Assembly: GCA_963559385.1 (NCBI GenBank)
Contig: CAUWKK010000003.1
Span: 29,958 to 93,957 of the forward strand
DNA: 64,000 nt
From: an uncultured Schaedlerella sp.
GTDB taxonomy: Bacteria; Bacillota; Clostridia; Lachnospirales; Lachnospiraceae
Direction of reading: 5' to 3'
The first letter of the stretch is position 1. Each line of letters opens with the position of its first letter. Positions 28,570-37,811 of this stretch are shown here, in pieces. Below the pieces are notes generated by a model. The model saw nothing but the letters and a program-made list of their open reading frames with translations. It made no database searches and was not told where the DNA came from. The position numbers and the translations under genes were made by a program.

Positions 28570-28596
28570 TGTCTTTTAACACTTAGTATCTCAAAC

Positions 28597-30162
28597 CTAA
28601 ACCAGTTGTTTTTCTTGTGTCGAAAGGACTTCTTTTTTTGCTAATATTACGCTGGAGCGCCGATGCATAATAATAGTAAATATAAGCAGAACGATAACGG
28701 ATGTTCCAAGTGAAAGTATTAAATTTCCGTTCGTGATACCGATAATCAAATATCCGATCAGACTGCATCCGGCAACCGTTAGTGAATAGATCATTTGTGT
28801 TGAAACATGAGTGAGATGATTTACCCCGGCTCCGGCACTTGAAAGGATTGTAGTATCAGATATCGGAGAACAGTGGTCTCCAAATACACTTCCTGCCAAA
28901 GTCGCTGCAAGGGATGAGAGCAGCAATTCCGGACAAATTGCCTGTGCGACAGGGATGATGATCGGAATCAGGATACCAAAGGTGCCCCATGAAGTTCCTG
29001 TGGCAAAACTCAAAAATGCAGCAAGTATAAATACAAGTGCAGGGAGCAGAGCGCCGGGAATACCGGTTGTTTCCACAAAGGTTTTTACAAAGTCCGGCGT
29101 ACTCAGCAAATCGCGGCAGATTCCACCAATCGTCCATGCAAGCATCAGGATACAGCCGGAAGTGATCATTTGCTGCATACCTTTCGTAAAGTTATCCATG
29201 AATTCTTTGAAAGTCATGAGCTTTCTCGGAACATACATCAAAAGTGCAGTAACAATCCCGGCAAAGCTTCCCCAAACAAGCGCCTGAGCCGCAACACAGT
29301 TTCCAAGTGCGGCGGTGATATTGTGAAGTGCGGGATCTCCGCTCCAGTATCCGCCGTTATAAAGCATACCGAGGATAGCGGTTACGATCAATACGAGGAT
29401 GGGGACGATCATATCGGCAACACGCCCGGACTTTGGCTGAGCTGTTGTTTCATCCGGTTCATCGAGACCGCCGAGATTTCCTTGTTTGGCTAAGGCTTCG
29501 TACTTTGCCATAGGGCCAAAATCTAAGGCAAAGACTGAAAGCAGGAAGACCATCAGAAGGCTGAGGATCGCATAAAAATTATATGGAATAGCTGTGACAA
29601 AAGCTTTAAATTCAGAGTCAAAAGCACCTGTATTTTTTAAGTAACTGCCTACGGCAGCAGCCCAGCTTGAAATGGGGGCAATGATACAGATAGGTGCGGC
29701 GGTTGCATCGATAAGGTAAGCAAGCTTCGCCCGGCTGACATGATGCCTGTCAGTTACAGGCTTCATAACCGTTCCTACTGTCAGGCAGTTAAAATAGTCA
29801 TCCAAAAAAATCAGACAACCAAGCAGGCTGGTAAGTAACATAGAAGAACGTTTTGTGCGAATGACCTTTGATGCCCATTTTCCATAAGCCTGAGCTCCGC
29901 CGGAAGCGTTGACAAGATATACTAATCCGCCTAATAGAAAACAGAAGATGATAATATTCATATCGGATTTTTGGATCATGACATCAAATACAGTAGAAAC
30001 AGAACCGACAATCGGGTTCATTCCGGAAGCAATGGAATAAATAACTGCTCCGGATAAAACACCTGTTATAAGTGAAAAAAGAACTTCCTTTGTAATCAAG
30101 GCAAGAATAATAGCAATTATAGGTGGAAGAATGGATAACCACCCAACATATACAGCGTCCAT
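28597..30162 (-). CDS. NhaC-family Na+/H+ antiporter-like transporter
   Basis: Polytopic 521-aa protein with the typical NhaC N-terminus (LSILPPIIAIILALITKEVLFSL). Confidence 0.8.
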   Translation of the reverse strand: MDAVYVGWLSILPPIIAIILALITKEVLFSLITGVLSGAVIYSIASGMNPIVGSVSTVFDVMIQKSDMNIIIFCFLLGGLVYLVNASGGAQAYGKWASKVIRTKRSSMLLTSLLGCLIFLDDYFNCLTVGTVMKPVTDRHHVSRAKLAYLIDATAAPICIIAPISSWAAAVGSYLKNTGAFDSEFKAFVTAIPYNFYAILSLLMVFLLSVFALDFGPMAKYEALAKQGNLGGLDEPDETTAQPKSGRVADMIVPILVLIVTAILGMLYNGGYWSGDPALHNITAALGNCVAAQALVWGSFAGIVTALLMYVPRKLMTFKEFMDNFTKGMQQMITSGCILMLAWTIGGICRDLLSTPDFVKTFVETTGIPGALLPALVFILAAFLSFATGTSWGTFGILIPIIIPVAQAICPELLLSSLAATLAGSVFGDHCSPISDTTILSSAGAGVNHLTHVSTQMIYSLTVAGCSLIGYLIIGITNGNLILSLGTSVIVLLIFTIIMHRRSSVILAKKEVLSTQEKQLV

Positions 30163-30237
30163 AATAAAAATCTCCTTATCTTTTTTGTTTCAAATTCAAA
30201 TAGTGTAAAAATTAGAAATGAAAAAACATCTGTCATG

Positions 30238-30333
30238 TTAGGTAAGGAGAAATATCTTCGAACCTAACGTGGAAAATTCTGTTTCCGGAATACGAACAGA
30301 AATTTCTGTAAAATGGTCATAACGTGTTCTCAT
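30238..30333 (-). CDS. Candidate 31-codon leader ORF upstream of the nhaC-like gene
   Basis: GAAAGGAGG, 7 nt, then ATG. It encodes MRTRYDHFTEISVRIPETEFSTLGSKIFLLT and overlaps palindromes and a 7-bp hairpin (GTTAGGT/ACCTAAC). It is too short for the supplied ORF track. Confidence 0.3.
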   Translation of the reverse strand: MRTRYDHFTEISVRIPETEFSTLGSKIFLLT

Positions 30334-30576
30334 GGTAAAACCTCCTTTCTATTCAATACAATGAATAGCTAAATTCAATATAAAATGTGTGAAATTGTAT
30401 TGAAAAAAATAAAAATGTATATAAAGTAGATGGGTAAATTATATATCGGATTGAATTTGTATGCAATAAAAATATAAAAAATATAATAAAATTGTGTAAA
30501 ATCACTAAAAATTGAATATTTTAACGTATTTAATATTTGAAGGCATCGTGATTGACAAATATATATAAATAGAATG

Positions 30577-30604
30577 TTGACAATATTCATATAAGTGTTA
30601 TAAT
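30577..30604 (+). promoter_or_regulatory. Near-consensus sigma-A promoter of BtpA/SgcQ operon A
   Basis: TTGACA (30577-30582), 16-nt spacer, TGtTATAAT extended -10 (TATAAT at 30599-30604). Confidence 0.75.
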
Positions 30605-30657
30605 TTAGTTATATTAAATGTATTAAAAAATAAAAAGTTGTTTAGGAGGAAAGGAAA

Positions 30658-31470
30658 ATGTTATGGACTGAAAAAATGTTCGGAGTGAAGAAACCGATTA
30701 TCGCAATGCTTCATATTGATGCACTGCCCGGAGATCCTTTATACAAAGCAGGAGATGATATGGATATAGTGGTAGAACATGCACGTGCAGACCTGCATGC
30801 GTTGCAGGATGGCGGGGTAGACGGTATTATTTTTAGCAATGAATTCAGTTTGCCTTATCAGCGAAATATGGATATGGTAACACCGGCAGCAATGGCGTAT
30901 GTAATTGGAAATCTGCGTTCGGAAATCAAGGTCCCATATGGAGTCGATGCGATCAGTGACGGGCGGGCATGTCTGGAACTGGCAGCTGCTGTAAAAGCAC
31001 AATTTGTTCGGGGAACATTTTGCGGTGTATATGTGGGAGACGGAGGTCTTTACAATAATGATTTCAGCAGTCTGCTGAGAAGGAAGGCGGCTCTTCCGTT
31101 AGAAGATTTGAAAATGTTGTATTTTATCAATCCGGAATCAGATCGGAATCTGGATACACGTCCGCTAGCAGAAATTGCTAAGAGTACGATTGCGAAAGCA
31201 GCGCCGGACGGATTGTGCATTTCGGCAAATGCGGCAGGCCAAGATGTGGATGATGCCTTGATTGCAAGTGTAAAGCAGACCAATCCTGAAATTGTTGTCT
31301 TGTGTAATACCGGATGTCGTGTGGATACGATCGAAAGGAAATTAGCCACAGCGGATGCGGCGGTTGTGGGAACAACATTTAAGTATGACGGCGTATTTGA
31401 AAATCGCGTGGATGTAAATCGTGTAAGAGAATTTATGCAGGTTGTTTATAAGTATCGGGAATCTTTGTAA
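30658..31470 (+). CDS. BtpA/SgcQ-family protein (TIM-barrel, function unknown), copy 1
   Basis: N-terminus KKPIIAMLHIDALPGDP matches the SgcQ/BtpA signature. About 89% aa identical to the ORF at 49206 by manual alignment. Confidence 0.85.
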   Translation: MLWTEKMFGVKKPIIAMLHIDALPGDPLYKAGDDMDIVVEHARADLHALQDGGVDGIIFSNEFSLPYQRNMDMVTPAAMAYVIGNLRSEIKVPYGVDAISDGRACLELAAAVKAQFVRGTFCGVYVGDGGLYNNDFSSLLRRKAALPLEDLKMLYFINPESDRNLDTRPLAEIAKSTIAKAAPDGLCISANAAGQDVDDALIASVKQTNPEIVVLCNTGCRVDTIERKLATADAAVVGTTFKYDGVFENRVDVNRVREFMQVVYKYRESL

Positions 31471-31491
31471 TATCAGATAAAGGAAAAGAAA

Positions 31492-32295
31492 ATGAAACGA
31501 AAACTGCTGGCAATGGATATAGACGGAACTGCTGTATGTGATGATTATAGCTTAGGAAAAAAGAGCAAGGAAGCGATCAGGCTGGCGCAGCAAGAGGGAC
31601 ATATAATCGTGTTTGTAACCGGACGCAGGGACATTGACATGTTGACATTAGCAGAGGATCAGTGGTTAGTGGATTATCAGATCCTCAATACCGGAGGCAA
31701 GATTTTACGATGTGCAGACAGAGAGGTGCTTTCGAATGATCTGATCCCGCCGCAAGTATGTAAAAGATTAATTACACATTGTTTGGAGCAGAACATACAG
31801 CTTCAGATTTGCAATGGGTTGACCTGGCAGGTAACAAAGATGACGGATGAAACACTGGAGTACGCAAGGGATCTCGGTGTAATTCCCGAAATAATTACTT
31901 CGCTCGAAGAAACGGATTGGGAGTATGGTCTGGAAGGGTTTATGGCGACGCAAGATATGAAAGCTGTGGCTGCACATATCGATTCTTCAGTCCCCGAAGT
32001 TTATTATGTGAATTCGGAACCGGATTGCATTGATATTATGAGAACCGGTGTGTCGAAGTGGAATGGGATACAGCGTCTTGCAAACATGTTGGGAATCGAT
32101 GACGAGGATATTATAACTGTCGGAAATTATTATAATGATCTGGATATGTTACATCACGCAAAAGTGGGCATTGCAGTGGCGAATGCAGTGGATGCCGTCA
32201 AAGAAGAAGCAGATTTTGTAACAGAGAGTGATAATAATCATGATGCTGTAGAAGAAATTATTATCAAAATGTTGAATCAAGAATACGATGTGTAA
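31492..32295 (+). CDS. Cof-type HAD-IIB phosphatase (sugar-phosphate phosphatase-like)
   Basis: Motif I LAMDIDGT and a C-terminal GNYYNDLDM (GDxxND-like). Confidence 0.88.
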   Translation: MKRKLLAMDIDGTAVCDDYSLGKKSKEAIRLAQQEGHIIVFVTGRRDIDMLTLAEDQWLVDYQILNTGGKILRCADREVLSNDLIPPQVCKRLITHCLEQNIQLQICNGLTWQVTKMTDETLEYARDLGVIPEIITSLEETDWEYGLEGFMATQDMKAVAAHIDSSVPEVYYVNSEPDCIDIMRTGVSKWNGIQRLANMLGIDDEDIITVGNYYNDLDMLHHAKVGIAVANAVDAVKEEADFVTESDNNHDAVEEIIIKMLNQEYDV

Positions 32296-32352
32296 GAAAA
32301 AAAGAGCTGTGATTGTGATCGCAAAAGTAAAAAGAAAAGGAGAAGAACGAAA

Positions 32353-33144
32353 ATGAGAGTTGCAGAAATAGGAGATAATTGTATTGATGTTTATGAGCGT
32401 ATTGGGAAAAAATATCCAACAGGGAATGTTGTAGATACAGGTGTGAATCTTCAAAAGCTTGGAATCCCTGTTTCTATTATCAGTACGACAGGAAATGATG
32501 AAAATGGAAAATGGATGTTGGAAACGCTGAAAAAAGAAGGCGTGGACGTCAGCCATCTAAAAGTCGGTGACGGTGCGACGGCAGTGACCTATATGGATAT
32601 GGACGGCAAGGATCGCGTACATGGAGATTATGTGGAGGGGGTGTTGGAGCATATTGTTTTTGATGAAGAGGATATCGCATTTGCTGCGGAACATGATCTT
32701 GTTCATACAGCGCTTTGGGGAAAAGCGGAGAATACGCTGCCGATGATCGCGGCAAAGGGGACTCCGATTGCCTTTGACTATGCAGACAGGCTGGATCATC
32801 CGCTGATAGAAGAAACGTTGCCATATGTTACATATGGATTTTATTCCTATCATGAAGGAAGAGATTCGTGGATTGAAGAATTTTTAAAGGATAAAGTAAG
32901 TCGGGGAATGAAGATTGCAGTTGCTACATTTGGGGAAGAGGGAAGTCTTGCGTGGGATGGAGAAAAATTCTATGCAGGTGATATTGTGAAAGCAGAAGTA
33001 ACCAATACCGTGGGAGCCGGAGACAGTTTTATTGCCGGATTCCTTTATGGAATACTGAATGGAAAAACAATAGAGGAATGTTTGAAAAAGGGAGCAGAAG
33101 TGGCCGCTTCGGTAGTTCAGGTATTTGAACCGTGGGTAGAATAA
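32353..33144 (+). CDS. PfkB-family kinase, fructoselysine 6-kinase (FrlD)-like, paralog 1
   Basis: N-terminal IGDNCIDVY as in FrlD, and ATP-site GAGDSFIAGFLYG. Confidence 0.8.
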   Translation: MRVAEIGDNCIDVYERIGKKYPTGNVVDTGVNLQKLGIPVSIISTTGNDENGKWMLETLKKEGVDVSHLKVGDGATAVTYMDMDGKDRVHGDYVEGVLEHIVFDEEDIAFAAEHDLVHTALWGKAENTLPMIAAKGTPIAFDYADRLDHPLIEETLPYVTYGFYSYHEGRDSWIEEFLKDKVSRGMKIAVATFGEEGSLAWDGEKFYAGDIVKAEVTNTVGAGDSFIAGFLYGILNGKTIEECLKKGAEVAASVVQVFEPWVE

Positions 33145-33192
33145 AGCGGACCAGTCTTGGAAACACGTAGGAAAATAGGGAGGAAGAGAAAA

Positions 33193-34071
33193 ATGTTTAT
33201 AGACATACATGTTCATCCTGCTTTTTATGAACCGATCAATCAGGATTCAGAACAGGAAGAGCTAAGACATAATACATTGGATATTCATAAAAACGGAACA
33301 GCGCCGCTGGAACATATTTTTAATCAAATGAAATGTGCGGGGTTGGATTATTTATGTTTACTTCCGGAAGATTATCGTACACAACAGGACGGAAAAGTGT
33401 TGGTAAGCAACGAAGAAATCCGCCGGTTGGTTGATATGGCGCCGGATAAGTTTATCGGATTTGCAGGAGTTGATCCGTTTGCAGATGACGCGGTCGAAGT
33501 GCTGGAGAAGGCATTTACAGAATTAAAGCTGAGTGGTTTGAAGCTGCATCCCGGGAAAGGGCATTTTTATCCAATGGAAGAGAGGATGATGCCATTGTAT
33601 GATATTTGTGAAAAATATGAAAAACCGATCATTTTTCACAGTGGAATGTCATGGGAGCCGGATACGCTGACAAAGTATTGTCGTCCGGAAGTGTTTGAGG
33701 AATTGGCGGCATCAAGACCGAAATTAAAAATCTGTCTTGCACATTTCGGGTGGCCGTGGTGCAGAGAAACCGCTATGTTGATGCTGAAATATCCAAATGT
33801 ATATACAGATACCGGCGCATTGTATTTTGACAATGCGAAGGAGTTTTATACACAAATGTTGACGAGAGATGTTCCGATGACATGGATTGACCGAAGCTTG
33901 AGACATCAGGTGATGTTTGGAAGTAACAATCCGAGATTCGAACAGATCAGAATGGCTCATGCAATAAAAGAAATGGGATTCCGCGAGAGTACGTTGGATC
34001 TGATCTGTGGGGAAAACGCAATTGAATTTTTGGGCGGAATTCAGGGAAGGAATAAAAAAGATGTATGTTGA
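33193..34071 (+). CDS. Amidohydrolase-2 (PF04909-like) TIM-barrel metal-dependent hydrolase
   Basis: FIDIHVHP metal motif and later His/Asp ligands (LAHFGWPW, TDTG). Start at 33193 behind GGGAGGAAG. Confidence 0.8.
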   Translation: MFIDIHVHPAFYEPINQDSEQEELRHNTLDIHKNGTAPLEHIFNQMKCAGLDYLCLLPEDYRTQQDGKVLVSNEEIRRLVDMAPDKFIGFAGVDPFADDAVEVLEKAFTELKLSGLKLHPGKGHFYPMEERMMPLYDICEKYEKPIIFHSGMSWEPDTLTKYCRPEVFEELAASRPKLKICLAHFGWPWCRETAMLMLKYPNVYTDTGALYFDNAKEFYTQMLTRDVPMTWIDRSLRHQVMFGSNNPRFEQIRMAHAIKEMGFRESTLDLICGENAIEFLGGIQGRNKKDVC

Positions 34072-34489
34072 ACCGATTACATTATTAACAAAAGAATATA
34101 ACGAATACACAGTCATTACACCTAAGGTTCTGGATATTGTAAAAAGAAGCGGAATCCAAAATGGGGTAGTTACCGTGCTTACAAAGCATACAACAACGGG
34201 AGTGACCGTAAACGAAGCGTTGGAATGCCTGGAAAGTGATATTGAGAATTTTTTGGGAAGACTCATTCCGGAAGATTACCCATACAGCCATGCAAGAATG
34301 CTTCGGGATTACGGAAGTACAGCGGGAAATCCGACGGGGCACTTGAAAGCATTGCTGACCGGAAATCATTGTCATTTTCCGGTGATAGATGGGGAAGTGG
34401 TAAAAGGCGGAGCTCAAGAAATATATTTTTGTGAATTTGACGGACCGGCTCACCGTACAATTAATGTGATTATTCAAGAAGAAAAATAA
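34061..34489 (+). CDS. YjbQ/UPF0047-family protein
   Basis: TKHTTTGVTVNE and GHLKALLTG motifs. Overlaps the upstream gene by 11 nt. Confidence 0.82.
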   Translation: MYVEPITLLTKEYNEYTVITPKVLDIVKRSGIQNGVVTVLTKHTTTGVTVNEALECLESDIENFLGRLIPEDYPYSHARMLRDYGSTAGNPTGHLKALLTGNHCHFPVIDGEVVKGGAQEIYFCEFDGPAHRTINVIIQEEK

Positions 34490-34501
34490 AATGAATAAAT
34501 G

Positions 34502-34539
34502 AATACCGCCCATTCGGTTATCGGATGGGCGGTATTTTG
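34502..34539. terminator. Bidirectional terminator
   Basis: 12-bp perfect stem AATACCGCCCAT / ATGGGCGGTATT followed by TT. Confidence 0.88.
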
Positions 34540-34570
34540 ATGTGATTTATCAAAGATAAAATAAGACGCA

Positions 34571-35428
34571 CTATTTTTCAGGGAGAAATTCACGCAGATA
34601 GTCAACGGAACGCTGAACAGAAGTGTGTGGATCGTCCCAGTAGATAGAGTCATTGATTTCCAAATCTACGATTCCTGTATAATTATGCTTTTCCAGAATT
34701 TTAATATATTCTTTTAATGGAAGATCACCATCTCCCAGGATGTAATGTCCGGAAGGATTGCCATCGGCATAGTGGATGAATTGGATGGTGCTTTCTCCAA
34801 GAGCATCGTAGTAGCTTTCCAGCGTTTCACCGGCAACCTCCATGGCAACCAGGTCAACACAGGTTTTTAATGCAGGACTGTTTACTTCTTCAAGCATAGA
34901 TTTCATCTGCGGAAGATTGACGAGCAGATTACTTTCATAAGGCTGAAGCTGCTCCAACATCATGAAGATCCCACGCTTTTGTGCCATTTCGCAGATTTTA
35001 CTGATACTTTCTACCGTACGCTTCCAACTCTCTTCGCGGGGGATATCCAGAGGTCCGCAGCCGGTATTGATAAATACACGATTTGTTCCCATTTCTAAAG
35101 CGTCGTCCATTGCCATATCAAAGTAATCGAGTGTGCGGTCGCGGATCGCCTGTTCAGGAGCGCTGAAACTGTATGGGTATCCTAATGTTTCCGGTGTGTA
35201 AATGACGATTTGCATTCCAAGAGCCTCAGCCTTTTTGCGTATTTCGCGGATTTTGCGCGCCGCTGCCGCTGATGTTGCATAATCTAAGCGACAGTAATGC
35301 GGAGATCCTCCCCACAGGTCGATATTCTTAATCCCGCAGCGATGCATAGAATCCAAATAGTAATCGAGCGTATAGTGAACGTACTGTACACTCATGACAG
35401 AGATCTGATCCATTGTGATGATTGACAT
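34571..35428 (-). CDS. Sugar phosphate isomerase/epimerase (xylose isomerase-like TIM barrel)
   Basis: Length and pattern of the AP_endonuc_2 fold (NIDLWGG..., conserved E/D/H positions). Confidence 0.8.
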   Translation of the reverse strand: MSIITMDQISVMSVQYVHYTLDYYLDSMHRCGIKNIDLWGGSPHYCRLDYATSAAAARKIREIRKKAEALGMQIVIYTPETLGYPYSFSAPEQAIRDRTLDYFDMAMDDALEMGTNRVFINTGCGPLDIPREESWKRTVESISKICEMAQKRGIFMMLEQLQPYESNLLVNLPQMKSMLEEVNSPALKTCVDLVAMEVAGETLESYYDALGESTIQFIHYADGNPSGHYILGDGDLPLKEYIKILEKHNYTGIVDLEINDSIYWDDPHTSVQRSVDYLREFLPEK

Positions 35429-35553
35429 AGGTACACCTCCATGATATAATTTTTAGTAGATAAGTAATAAAAAAAACAAACAATTATATAGATATAATAA
35501 CATATCATATATAAAAGTCAAGAGCTATTGCATATGAAATGGAGGCAGTGATC

Positions 35554-36948
35554 ATGCAAGTATTGAAAAAGGGGAAAAAGAGGACTTTGAAGGATACGAA
35601 AATGCATGAATTGTGGAACTTGGGGGCGCCGACGATTCTGGAGCAGGCTTTGCAGACTGTCGTGGCTTACGTAGATACTGCGATGGTTGGGCGGATCAGT
35701 GCGATTGCGAGCGCCGCTGTCGGTTTGACAACTACGGTGAATTGGCTGCTGAATGGAATTCTATTTGCTGTCAGTGTGGGAATGCTTTCGTTTATTGCTC
35801 AATATACAGGAGAGGGGAATATGGAAGCTGCACATCGTACTTCGGCGCAGGCGATTTGGGTCATTTCCGGTCTGGGTTTGATAGAAACAGTGATTGCATT
35901 AGCAATCAGTCCGGTACTGCCGATGTGGATGGGAGCCAGTCGGGAAATCTGGGGGGATGCAAGTGCGTATTTCTTTATCGTAAATTGCCCATTGATATTG
36001 AGAGGGAGCTTGATCGTATTTGGAAATGTTCTAAGAGCAAATAAGGATTCGAAAACCCCCCTTTATATAAATATCGGTGTGAATCTTTTGAATATTGTAT
36101 TAAATCAGCTGTTGATCAGTTCCCATACGATGATTTCTGTGCTTGGAATATCAATTTGTATTCCGGGGGCAGGCTGGGGAGTGAAAGGCGCTGCTGTAGC
36201 GACTGCGGTCAGTCAAGGATTGGGCGGAGTTGCAATCTTTTTTGTTGCAATGAGAAATCCTATGGTAACCCTAAAAGGAATGAAAGTGAAACCGGAAAGA
36301 AAACTGTTGAAAAATTGTATGACTGTTTCACTGCCTTTGATGGGAGAACGGATTGTTATGGGGAGCGGCTATGTTGTGTTTTCTTCATTAGTAGCCGGAC
36401 TTGGAACGTTAAGTGTAGCGGCGCATTCGATCGCGCTTACAATTGAACAGGCTTTTTATGTACCGGGATATGGAATACAGACTGCGGTCAGTACACTTTC
36501 GGGAAATGCCGTGGGGAAAAGAGACGAATTGGAGTTAGAATCAGTTGTACGCTCCGGGCTTATTGTTGCTGTTTCTATCATGACGGCAATGGCGATAGGA
36601 CTTTTTTGCGGAGCAGAAGTGATTATAGGATGCTTTACAAAAGATGGACAGGTGGCTGCACTTGGGACGGTATTGTTAAGAATCGTAGCTCTTAGCGAGC
36701 CGCTGTATGCCGCTTTGATCATATATGAGGGTGTGTTTCATGGAATTGGAGATACAAAAATGCCGTTTGTATTTGCAATATTGACAATGTGGGGGATCCG
36801 GATATGCATGACATGGATTTATATCCGTTTATTTGGAAATGATTTGAAAATGGTGTGGATTTTTATGGTTATGGATAACATCTGCAGATGTCTGTTGCTT
36901 TGGCGGCGATATAGGAGACGGAAAAAGAAGCTTACTGTCACTGTATAA
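35554..36948 (+). CDS. MATE-family efflux transporter
   Basis: 12-TM protein with a typical MATE N-terminus (ILEQALQTVVAYVDTAMVGRI). ATG 35554 is preferred because GGAGG lies 8 nt upstream. Confidence 0.88.
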   Translation: MQVLKKGKKRTLKDTKMHELWNLGAPTILEQALQTVVAYVDTAMVGRISAIASAAVGLTTTVNWLLNGILFAVSVGMLSFIAQYTGEGNMEAAHRTSAQAIWVISGLGLIETVIALAISPVLPMWMGASREIWGDASAYFFIVNCPLILRGSLIVFGNVLRANKDSKTPLYINIGVNLLNIVLNQLLISSHTMISVLGISICIPGAGWGVKGAAVATAVSQGLGGVAIFFVAMRNPMVTLKGMKVKPERKLLKNCMTVSLPLMGERIVMGSGYVVFSSLVAGLGTLSVAAHSIALTIEQAFYVPGYGIQTAVSTLSGNAVGKRDELELESVVRSGLIVAVSIMTAMAIGLFCGAEVIIGCFTKDGQVAALGTVLLRIVALSEPLYAALIIYEGVFHGIGDTKMPFVFAILTMWGIRICMTWIYIRLFGNDLKMVWIFMVMDNICRCLLLWRRYRRRKKKLTVTV

Positions 36949-37070
36949 AGCGGAAGTGAAATAGAAACATGTGATTTAAGTTATATTTTGGTTGGAAAAT
37001 GAGGGGAAAGGTGATAGAATTATTTTGTATTTGAAAGTGGTCTGTAAACAGTGATAGGGAGGATAGGAAT

Positions 37071-37790
37071 ATGGAATATCGGATACCGCCGGGAATTGAG
37101 GCAGTAGAAAAACTGGAAGATTTTATTGTAGTGAACCGATTGGCTCCGAATACAAGAATTCCTTCAGAGAGAGATCTGTGTGAAATGTGGGGAGTGAGCA
37201 GGTCGACGTTGAGGCAGGCGGTAGATACGCTTGTTGGTCGCGGGGTATTATACCGGATCAACGGAGCAGGCGTTTACGTATCTGTGGGAAAGAAGAATCG
37301 AAACATGGTAGGAGTGGACTCTATGGTAGGAGAGCTTCGGCAGCAGGGATCTATTTTGGCGAAAAAGATTATTTCAGTCAGAAAGACGGAGGCGACGAAG
37401 CAGATTTCCAAGAAACTTCATGTTTCCCTCGGACAACAGGTGTATGAATATATTCTTCTCAGAAAAATAGACGGTGTTCCATGTATTCTGGAAACAACTT
37501 ATCTTGATTGTAAACGGTATCCGGATTTTGAAAAGCATTATACGGATAAAACCAGTATGGGACGAATTTTGAAAAACATATATCACAGGAAACAGATTTC
37601 GGGAGAAGAGCATATCAGTGTTACGTATGCAGGAGAGCAAGAGGCGGAATTGTTGGAGACAGCGCCGGATGCTCCTTTATTTTTTACGTCCGGAGTAGTG
37701 AAAGACGAAGAAGAATTGATCATCATGTATTATAAGCAATTGATTCGAGGAGACAAATTCAAACTTGTCAGCAGAATCGAGAGGGAATAA
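37071..37790 (+). CDS. GntR/HutC-family transcriptional regulator (UTRA effector domain)
   Basis: RIPSERDLCEMWGVSRSTLRQAVDTLVGRGVLYRINGAGVYV winged HTH. Confidence 0.9.
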   Translation: MEYRIPPGIEAVEKLEDFIVVNRLAPNTRIPSERDLCEMWGVSRSTLRQAVDTLVGRGVLYRINGAGVYVSVGKKNRNMVGVDSMVGELRQQGSILAKKIISVRKTEATKQISKKLHVSLGQQVYEYILLRKIDGVPCILETTYLDCKRYPDFEKHYTDKTSMGRILKNIYHRKQISGEEHISVTYAGEQEAELLETAPDAPLFFTSGVVKDEEELIIMYYKQLIRGDKFKLVSRIERE

Positions 37791-37811
37791 TGAGAGAAGC
37801 AGGACAGATTT

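Noticed and set aside
30240-30275. A tRNA-like GGTTCGAAG (T-loop-like) sequence on the minus strand.
   Set aside because: The flanks cannot form a 5-bp T stem with a 7-nt loop, an acceptor stem or an anticodon arm, so it is not a tRNA. No tRNA or rRNA signatures were seen elsewhere in the window.
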